64,000 nucleotides of DNA from a virus (lineage: Duplodnaviria; Caudoviricetes). Positions 53,522 through 61,085 of this stretch are shown piece after piece. Both the position numbers and the translations under genes were made by a program. The stretch is taken from positions 48,521-112,520 of the IMG/VR virus record IMGVR_UViG_3300035208_001463, one strand, 5' to 3'. The notes beneath the pieces were generated by a model. That model saw only the letters and a program-made list of their open reading frames with translations. It searched no databases and was not told the origin of the DNA. Within the stretch, counting starts at the first letter, position 1. Each line of letters starts with the position of its first letter.

Positions 53522-55137
53522 AACGTTTATTCATAATTTTATTAATTTGTTTAATTATCCCTATAGTATCCGCCAACGATGATATTACAATAGTAACACC
53601 GTTTCAAACTACACCTGCTCCATCAACCACGGGTTATATTCCAACACCTACTCCAATTCCAACCCCGACGCCAGCCCCCGTTCCCACACTAACACATTAT
53701 ATTTCACAAGGAGAAACGATTTATGTTAACGATACTATAGATATATCAGGTGTTGTCCCACCTTACCAATATCTTGCTTACTGGAATGGATATGATGAAT
53801 ACGATTCAAATGCATCGTATCTTATTACCATGTCACAACGAAAATCGGATTATTACAAATTTTATATAGACCCATCTATATTTGAAACAAGAATTGGAAA
53901 ATGGTATAAATACGACGGCAACTTTGAAAAGAATGCAAACAGTCTTGCATTTATTGTATATCCGCAATCATATAGAAACAGCACCATGCGATATCAAAAC
54001 GGGACTATTGTAAATATTTCGGAATTGGTTGTAAATAATTATACCGATTATGAAATACCAATTAATCCTCCCGTTGAGATTAAACACGTTTCTGATTATC
54101 TTGTTGCGCGCGGAGACCCTTTAATAATTAAAACAAATACCACAACGAATGTTTGGTTGTTCGGAAGACTAGATAAATTGTTGGATTTCAAATCTACCAA
54201 TGATACTTCAATAGATTTGACAACTGATATACTCTCTGGGTTTGAACCCGGATCATATACAATTAAAATGCAGACGGTTGGTAATGCAAGCAATAGTTTC
54301 ACCGTTAAATATGATATAGAAACTGAAAAAATCAAATGGTTTGATTCATCAACATTTTCAATAAAAGAAATTGACACAAGTGGATTGTCTCCCAGAGTAT
54401 TGGAAGAAAAGTTCAACAACGTTTTGCCATCGACATTAGATGTGTTTACCACTTATAAGTTTGAATTACAGGAACCTTATATAGAAATCCAAAATGTGAG
54501 AGAAACGTTCACACCAAATTATACTATCAACGAAGCCGGTGCAATAGAATATAATACCAACATAAGTTATATCGAAATAAAAGGTTATACAAATGTTGCT
54601 ATAGGAGACACCTTAAAATTCATAATTGACGAAAAACAACAGACCCCGAGAACACTCAAATATTACACAACCACTGCTGTAGCTGGTGGGACAAAAGATC
54701 CGGGTGATATGAGATGGTTTGACGTTCTGATTTCTTTGGATAAATATAACATGCCACTTGGAGATCACACAGTTACGGCATTCACAAATCTTTCTGATGC
54801 GGGAACCGTATATACATTTACAGTATATGCAGCGGCCCCGAATTCATATGTGCCGCCAAAAACAATAAGATATGTGTCTGGTAGATATGGGCCGGAAGAA
54901 TTTGTGCCAACACCAACACCAATCATAGAAACCGTAACCGTGCCTGTTCCCGGGCCGACACAAATAGTAACAGTAGAAGTTACACCATCCGATGAGAAGA
55001 TTAAAGAACAACAAAAAATTATAGCGGATGAAAATTTAAAAATATGGGGTTTCAGAATAATTGGGGGCGCTTTAATTGTTGGGATTATATGGTATTTGAT
55101 TTCTTTATATTTGAGGAGGAAAGAACTCAATGACTAA
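53518..55137 (+). CDS. Secreted, C-terminally anchored surface protein, DUF3821-like (Methanomicrobiales type)
   Basis: Signal peptide from ATG 53518; ISQGETIYVNDTIDISGV; PT-rich linkers; C-terminal TM plus RRK. Confidence 0.6.
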   Translation: MKRLFIILLICLIIPIVSANDDITIVTPFQTTPAPSTTGYIPTPTPIPTPTPAPVPTLTHYISQGETIYVNDTIDISGVVPPYQYLAYWNGYDEYDSNASYLITMSQRKSDYYKFYIDPSIFETRIGKWYKYDGNFEKNANSLAFIVYPQSYRNSTMRYQNGTIVNISELVVNNYTDYEIPINPPVEIKHVSDYLVARGDPLIIKTNTTTNVWLFGRLDKLLDFKSTNDTSIDLTTDILSGFEPGSYTIKMQTVGNASNSFTVKYDIETEKIKWFDSSTFSIKEIDTSGLSPRVLEEKFNNVLPSTLDVFTTYKFELQEPYIEIQNVRETFTPNYTINEAGAIEYNTNISYIEIKGYTNVAIGDTLKFIIDEKQQTPRTLKYYTTTAVAGGTKDPGDMRWFDVLISLDKYNMPLGDHTVTAFTNLSDAGTVYTFTVYAAAPNSYVPPKTIRYVSGRYGPEEFVPTPTPIIETVTVPVPGPTQIVTVEVTPSDEKIKEQQKIIADENLKIWGFRIIGGALIVGIIWYLISLYLRRKELND

Positions 55138-55319
55138 ATTTTTCGATCTTTATACAATTGGCAGTGTAATATTTATATTTGGATCTTCCGTAGCATTGTG
55201 TTTGGCATTGCTATTTACAGATATTGATAATAGAAATATGCCATTATCCCCGTTATTTATCATCCCGTTTATAATTTCTATTATTGGGATCACTGTAATA
55301 TATATCGGTGAAAAATATC

Positions 55320-55835
55320 ATGATTGACTACATCCACGCGGCTGCTTATGTTGGTGTGATATCCACATTAATTTATTTAATCCCGCTTTGTTATTGGGAT
55401 ATAAAATATAGGAAGATACCAAAATGGACATTGGTTCCACTAATAATAATTAATTTACCATGTTTGTTTATAATGTATACAAATGGATTACCATTCGCAT
55501 ATATAGCATTGTCGTGTTTATTAACAGCATTCTTTATATTATTATTTATTAAGAATTGTTATCGCGGTGCAGATGCGCGATTCTTGATACTGATATCGTG
55601 GTTCTGTATATTGAATCCAATTAATCCATTAGATAGTTCAAATATATTTCAAATCATATTTGTTATAATGTTGGCGTTCACATCGATTATGTGGATGATA
55701 TATGTTTATTTCTATAATCGACACGCTGGGAATAGGGGTTTGAATTTGTTACAGAAATTTAATAACTACCCGCGTGGATCTCCGTGGATGATCCCAATCG
55801 CAATAGCATTTATTTTAACGGCGGTGTTTGCATGA
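55320..55835 (+). CDS. A24 prepilin/prearchaellin peptidase (PibD/FlaK-like)
   Basis: Catalytic aspartates in YWDIKYRKIP and GADAR; multi-TM; C-terminal PWMIPI. Confidence 0.8.
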   Translation: MIDYIHAAAYVGVISTLIYLIPLCYWDIKYRKIPKWTLVPLIIINLPCLFIMYTNGLPFAYIALSCLLTAFFILLFIKNCYRGADARFLILISWFCILNPINPLDSSNIFQIIFVIMLAFTSIMWMIYVYFYNRHAGNRGLNLLQKFNNYPRGSPWMIPIAIAFILTAVFA

Positions 55836-57032
55836 ACGAAGAAATAATAATTATAGATAAGTTTGAAGTGTTTTATAAATGGTATCGTTGGTGGAAAGCG
55901 CGCGGAGGAATGCATTACTATGGATGGGGAGATGGTGAGTATATTCTCGAAGGGTTGAAGAATGATCCGTCGAAAGTTATTGAACTTGGAAGGTTGCAGG
56001 GTTGGTGGAAAGAATGACAACAACACGTGAAGAAGAAATGGCGAAACTGCGCGAACGATATGCGCAGAAAATGAAAGGCGGTATACCGGAAGAAAAACCA
56101 CAGAAAGAAGAAGCGCCGGTTATAAAAATAAAATTAAAGAAACCGCGCATAAATTTAAAACCATACTTATTCTTAATTGAAAATGACATCAGGAAAATAT
56201 TCCGACTTCCACAACGAGAGTGGGGGGTTGGTGGATTGAAGTTTGAGGAGTTAAAGAAACCGTTGAATTTGGATTGGTTGGAAAAGAATGGGGGGAGGTT
56301 GTTTTAATCACCAATAATACCCTCTATTTTTCACAGGTCTTAAATACTCACCAAACTTTTGAAAATATTGTTTTTCCTTTTCTCTGAATGATTTATTCAA
56401 CCCTCTCCTATACCACGAAGGATCGTGCCTCATCCAATAACGATTAAATTTCATCCACCCGAACATTGGATGATTATATAAAACCATTCCTTTTCTTATA
56501 GTGTCACTCATTCTTCTGTCTCCATCTCTCGGATGAAAGGTTCCTCTTGTGGATAGTTATCCATTTTTTCCGGATTTGTTTCTTGAAGATTTTTATTTAT
56601 TCTCACATACATTGGGTGGTCATGTTGTTCCCACAATTCTTGGTTCCTAACAATCAGATCTTGTCTGATTTCTTCCCACCTAATAAGAGCGGTCTTTTTA
56701 GAAAGACAAACATATTGTGTGTTCGTAGATTCGTAATCACTTATACCCACAAGGTAGATTTTCGTAGTTCCTCATTAAGCGCGCGCAAAAATTCCCGCTT
56801 CCTTTCTTTTCTCTGCTGCTTCTGATCTAATTCTTGATTCCTGCAAAATCCACAATGACTCATACAAAGCGCGCGGTAAGGATGATAGGCCAAACCATAC
56901 TCGTGGATAGAATTGGTAAAGTTGTGGAATGCTACATTATAACGGTGCGCTTTTTTAACGATTTTATTGTAGATGCGACGTGTATGTGACATCAAAAGAA
57001 TATATGAGTTGAAAGTATTTATAAATTTCTAA

Positions 57033-57105
57033 TGTCAACGCTCGGATTTGAACCGAAGTCTCCTGCGTCCAAGGCAGGAAGGATACCAGACTACCCCACG
57101 TCAAC
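57033..57105 (-). tRNA. tRNA-Pro(TGG)
   Basis: Anticodon arm CCTGC-CTTGGAC-GCAGG; T arm TTCGG-TTCAAAT-CCGAG. Confidence 0.85.
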
Positions 57106-57116
57106 AAAAGTGTTTA

Positions 57117-57413
57117 TCAAACCGGCACATGGGACTTGAACCCCGGACCCCATATCTACTTCGTCACACCACCTCAAGGCGGCCTCATTCTTTTCGATAT
57201 GGACTTACTCCGCTCTGGATCATAGTGGAATTCCACAACCGTTTCCGGATATTACGTGGCACAGACAACCACAGAGATGCTTTAACCACCAACCCGTGAT
57301 CAATGGATTGGGCCGGTTGATTGTGTCTTTCCGTGTACAAATCAGACACGCTGTTTGGTATCAAGAAACAGCACTCGTCTCGTGGCGTGGTCTGCAACAC
57401 CGCTTTAACCACG
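57117..57413 (-). ncRNA. Unidentified structured RNA with a tRNA-like T-loop, between tRNA-Gln and tRNA-Pro
   Basis: Terminal stem 57309-57320/57117-57129, GGG-TTCAAGT-CCC loop, several hairpins, duplicated GTGGTTAAAGC..GCCACG motif. Confidence 0.55.
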
Positions 57414-57415
57414 GA

Positions 57416-57489
57416 TAGGGTCGGAATGAGTCGAACATTCCCCGCAAGGTTCAAAGCCTTGCATCCTTAGACCGGTAGACGACGACCCT
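57416..57489 (-). tRNA. tRNA-Gln(TTG)
   Basis: Acceptor AGGGTCG/CGACCCT; anticodon arm CAAGG-CTTTGAA-CCTTG; T arm GAATG-TTCGACT-CATTC. Confidence 0.9.
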
Positions 57490-57633
57490 TCAATGCCAAG
57501 AAGAGAATATTTGATATGAACGCAATCCCTTATATTTCTCTTCTTGACACATACACATACGCTTCAAAACTATTTATACTTTTATATTTTCTAAAGGACA
57601 TTCTTTTGGGAACTTTCTTTGTTCAAAATCACT

Positions 57634-57661
57634 AAAAACATCAACGTTGTTGCCAACATCG
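57634..57661 (-). terminator. Hairpin (GCAA tetraloop) plus U-tract just downstream of the CRISPR array
   Basis: Minus strand GATGTTG-GCAA-CAACGTT-GATGTTTTT. Confidence 0.4.
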
Positions 57662-57675
57662 AAAATCTTTTTATT

Positions 57676-57859
57676 GTTCTAGTACAACATCTATCAGATA
57701 TCTCTCTTGTTTAGTAATACCGTGATACCCGCCGCATATCGTCAACAGTTCCATTACAACATCTATCAGATATCTCTCTTGTTTACAATCCATCAAAAAT
57801 TCTGTAATGGACAGAACCAGGTTCTAGTACAACATCTATCAGATATCTCTCTTGTTTAG
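57676..57859 (-). CRISPR. CRISPR mini-array: three 39-bp repeats, two spacers (33 and 34 bp)
   Basis: Repeats at 57676-57714, 57748-57786 (3 mismatches) and 57821-57859: GTTCTAGTACAACATCTATCAGATATCTCTCTTGTTTAG. Confidence 0.9.
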
Positions 57860-59232
57860 CACGTATTTTTCTTTCTTTTCCCAAACAACGCTTTCTTTTT
57901 TGTCTTTTTTATACAACCGTTTTCTTGTTGTTCTTTTATTTCTGTAATGCCACGCAACAATATATTTTTTGCAGCGTTGGTATCCCTATCATGAGCAACC
58001 CCACATTTTGAGCAAACCCAATTGGATTCTGATGTTAATTCATTATTTACATTACCACACTTATTACAAGTTTTAGATGTGTATGCAGGATTAACCTTTA
58101 TCAGATGGTCTCCCATTTTATATGAAAGCATACGAACAAATTCACTGAAACTATTATCAGTCCACGCTTTGCGTTTCGTCCGATCTCCCTTCAACGTTGA
58201 ATTTGAAACTTCTGATGGGTTTCCTCTCTTGGTATGGAAATCACGCAAATCCATATCTTCAATAACAACATAATCGTAATTGTTTTTTAATGTGGTTGTT
58301 ATATCGTGCAGCCACCATTCTTTTTTATTTGAATCGTGCTCGCGAATATGTTTTATTTTTCTAGAAATTATTTTATATTCGCGGGAATCATAATTAAATT
58401 TGGATGCACGCTCGTTCCAATAGGATATTTTTTCTTCAGCGTCACTAATTAATTTGTTAATTTTTCTACCATCGGATAAAGTAATGAAACAACGTTCATT
58501 GTTATTTAATCTGCGTATGTTCATATCAACCCCAATAATTTTCAGTTGTGATATGGGTTGTGATTGTACATTTGATGATTCAAATTCACATGATAGTGAC
58601 GCATACCAATTACCAAGTATATCACGAGAAACATTTACGCGTTTTATTTTACCACGTATGGGTCTGTGATAAACCAAATTTAATACCCCGATTGCCGGCA
58701 ACTTCAACTTTCCTTGTTCTTCGTATAAAACAATAGAATCCGATGAAGTCCATGTCATAGAATTATAATTTCGCTCCTTCGGATACTTGGGATATCCGCC
58801 CTCACCTTTGAAAAATTTAACACGCGCGCTATTTACACGTTCTAAAACTTCCTGAAGCATAACAGCGGGGGGAATATCAACTTCTATGTTGTTTCCTTTG
58901 TGTTTGTTTTTTAATATAACTCTTGCCGACTTAACAAATTCATAATCGCTTGTACTAATACCAGTTAATTTTTTACCCCCACCTTGATGAGTAATGGGTT
59001 TACCAAGATGGTAATATTCATTTGGTATTTTTAAATTGGTGGTTTTATGACCATACCAAGCAAAATTTTCTAAATATGAAAATTTAGCAAAATTGTAATC
59101 ATCTTCAAAATTATGTAATGCATAACGATAAAACCACCAACAATCGTGTAACCACATTTTCAATATGGTTTGTTGGTGGCGAGATGGATACACGCGAAAC
59201 TTATAGGCCATTTTAGTTTTTGTTGTTTCCAT
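57856..59232 (-). CDS. CRISPR-associated TnpB-derived (Cas12f-like, type V) RuvC nuclease, 458 aa
   Basis: AYKFRVYPS N-terminus; RuvC IIGVDMN, VVIEDM and HDRDTNAAKNI; CNKC/CSKC Zn finger; stop codon inside CRISPR repeat. Confidence 0.82.
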   Translation of the reverse strand: METTKTKMAYKFRVYPSRHQQTILKMWLHDCWWFYRYALHNFEDDYNFAKFSYLENFAWYGHKTTNLKIPNEYYHLGKPITHQGGGKKLTGISTSDYEFVKSARVILKNKHKGNNIEVDIPPAVMLQEVLERVNSARVKFFKGEGGYPKYPKERNYNSMTWTSSDSIVLYEEQGKLKLPAIGVLNLVYHRPIRGKIKRVNVSRDILGNWYASLSCEFESSNVQSQPISQLKIIGVDMNIRRLNNNERCFITLSDGRKINKLISDAEEKISYWNERASKFNYDSREYKIISRKIKHIREHDSNKKEWWLHDITTTLKNNYDYVVIEDMDLRDFHTKRGNPSEVSNSTLKGDRTKRKAWTDNSFSEFVRMLSYKMGDHLIKVNPAYTSKTCNKCGNVNNELTSESNWVCSKCGVAHDRDTNAAKNILLRGITEIKEQQENGCIKKTKKKALFGKRKKNTC

Positions 59233-59245
59233 CCCAATTCACCTT

Positions 59246-59313
59246 TAAACAAGATTCGAGTCTGACTGTTGCTTTTTATCAGATTGCTCTGAAAGGACTA
59301 CTAGACTAGTCCT
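59246..59313 (-). ncRNA. Candidate tracr/scout-like RNA in the nuclease 5' leader
   Basis: Partial anti-repeat (TAAACAAGA..TCTGA..TGTTG on + strand) and two hairpins between promoter and RBS. Confidence 0.5.
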
Positions 59314-59320
59314 ATATCCT

Positions 59321-59347
59321 ATACGCGTTATTAGTATTTATAAGTTT
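59321..59347 (-). promoter_or_regulatory. TATA promoter AAACTTATAAATACTAATAACGCGTAT
   Basis: Same motif as 13535-13560 and 32722-32748. Confidence 0.7.
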
Positions 59348-59849
59348 CTAAAACAAAATATTTAAATACTATTAAAACGCATTAATATATGGACTTGTTC
59401 GAAAGTCCTTCTATGAAAATAGTAAATAGTTCACCTAGAAATCTCTAGATCGTGAATATCGAAACTACCTTTGCATTCTCCAACGGACAATCTGTAGGAA
59501 ACTCTCTTTCTTTCAAATCTTGAAAAATATCATCACTATTATTAAAATTAAATATCTTTTTGTTTAGAGCCGCGCACCAAACGTGCTCATCGTCGTCGTA
59601 GTTGTGGTAAAACTGTCTACACGACGAATTACAAAATTCTATTTCATATGAGACAATCTTTTTCATTTCAAATCACCATCCAGCAAGCAAGCTGGATATA
59701 AAAAAGTTTGTTTAATTTAAATAATTGCATTTAATTTTCTTCGGTATCATCAATCATTTTAATTCCCTTCTCATTCGTCAACATTAATATTTTCGTTTCT
59801 TTCTTTTATCAACACTTTCCAACCGACACTTCCAATCTTTACAAACATA

Positions 59850-60317
59850 TTATTCTTCTCCTTTCAACATCTTTTCTGCTTTCATTGTATTTATATCTTT
59901 CTTCATTTTCTCATTCAACTTTTCAACCATCAAATATATCTCTTCTTCTGTATATCCATCAGGCACAACACTTAACCCATTATATGCAACAGGTTCAATC
60001 TTCCTCTTCCACAGATTTTGATCGCGCGTTATTACTCCATCAATAATAGGAATTTCGTATTCAATCCAATACCCAGTGATCAGTGTGAATATCAATTCGC
60101 CTTCGATTTTTGTTATCTCTCGCTTGTGATCGCAAGTTGTGTAAGCGCGCACAACTCTGGAATAAATATTAACCGGAACTTCATCACCCGGTTGATATAC
60201 ATCCATCAAACAATCAAAGTCTTTCGTCTGAAAAGTATTGATAATAGCGTTGCCGCATATTGGACACGAAACATCTAGTTCTATCAGATCATACATTCCC
60301 ATTTTAATCACCCACAA
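59850..60317 (-). CDS. Hypothetical Zn-binding viral protein
   Basis: MGMYD..CPICG..FQTKDFDC motif. Confidence 0.55.
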   Translation of the reverse strand: MWVIKMGMYDLIELDVSCPICGNAIINTFQTKDFDCLMDVYQPGDEVPVNIYSRVVRAYTTCDHKREITKIEGELIFTLITGYWIEYEIPIIDGVITRDQNLWKRKIEPVAYNGLSVVPDGYTEEEIYLMVEKLNEKMKKDINTMKAEKMLKGEE

Positions 60318-60391
60318 CGGGCCGGAAGGGAGTTAAACCCCTGACCACTTGATTAAAAGTCAAGCGCTCTACCTGACTGAGCTACCGACCC
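60318..60391 (-). tRNA. tRNA-Lys(TTT)
   Basis: GGGTCGGTAGCTCAG..CTTGA-CTTTTAA-TCAAG; variant T-loop TTTAACT. Confidence 0.88.
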
Positions 60392-60505
60392 AATGGGTTT
60401 TTTGAGCGTTCCCACGCTGAACGTTTGTCAGTATTTTGGTGGCCGTATTTATTCCTAACATAATCGTCACATTACTCCCTACATCATAGACAACCATAGG
60501 GAAAG

Positions 60506-60600
60506 TGGGCGGGAAGGGGTTCGAACCCATGACTTCACGGTCGCCCAGAATGTTTGCCATTCTTATGAGCCGTGCGATCTCCCAACTGATCTACTCGCCC
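60506..60600 (-). tRNA. tRNA(CAT), probably Ile2 rather than Met, with 22-nt intron at 37/38 (60542-60563)
   Basis: CACGG-CTCATA|intron|A-CCGTG; canonical BHB (CTCA/TGGG helix, TAA and CGA bulges); G1-C72 argues against initiator. Confidence 0.85.
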
Positions 60601-60602
60601 GA

Positions 60603-60675
60603 TAGACCCGACCGGGATCGAACCGGTGACACCCGCCTTATAAGAACGGTGCACTACCTACTGTGCTACGAGTCT
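60603..60675 (-). tRNA. tRNA-Ile(TAT)
   Basis: Acceptor AGACTCG/CGGGTCT; anticodon arm CCGTT-CTTATAA-GGCGG; T arm ACCGG-TTCGATC-CCGGT. Confidence 0.88.
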
Positions 60676-60699
60676 AAAAATATATCGTTGGGTGATACT

Positions 60700-60815
60700 T
60701 CTATAGCGCGATCACCTGCGCGCTTAAGCAACCCGTGGGAAATGACCCCACTAGATCTGCCTCGAAAGGTTATCCGGTTGCACATGGCGGTTTTTATCAG
60801 GTGACCGCCAAACCT
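60700..60815 (-). ncRNA. Unidentified structured RNA with a potential loop-loop pseudoknot, upstream of the tRNA cluster
   Basis: Stems AGCGCG/CGCGCT, GCAACC/GGTTGC and TGGCGGT/ACCGCCA; complementary loops TCACCTG/CAGGTGA. Confidence 0.5.
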
Positions 60816-61085
60816 GTTATTATTTGATAGTGAGTCTAATGGATACATTCATATGTCGATACTCGTCAGAAATTCTAACAATATGAACGTTGGGGGTTTC
60901 GAATATTATTCGCTGACTCCTCGTTCGTATTAGAGAACTCTTGACTATACTATTGTATGTCTTATAACTATTTAAAACTTTTTAATAATAGGGGAAATCG
61001 GGAGTCTACTTTGAATTAGTCTACTTTAAATTATATTAATCACCAACACAAATATTTATATACTCCAAATCTCTATTTTTCTTAT

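Noticed and set aside
57117-57413. RNase P RNA, SRP RNA, HDV-like (theta) or pistol ribozyme
   Set aside because: GAGTAAGTCC only loosely resembles RNase P CR-I and no CR-V is seen; no SRP helix-8 motif; required pseudoknot partners of HDV/pistol folds were not found
57048-57454. ORFs overlapping tRNA-Pro/tRNA-Gln (also 60369-60848 over the second tRNA cluster)
   Set aside because: They overlap well-formed tRNAs and structured RNA; no protein motifs
57715-57820. Self-targeting by the CRISPR spacers
   Set aside because: No convincing match found in this window by eye; not an exhaustive search
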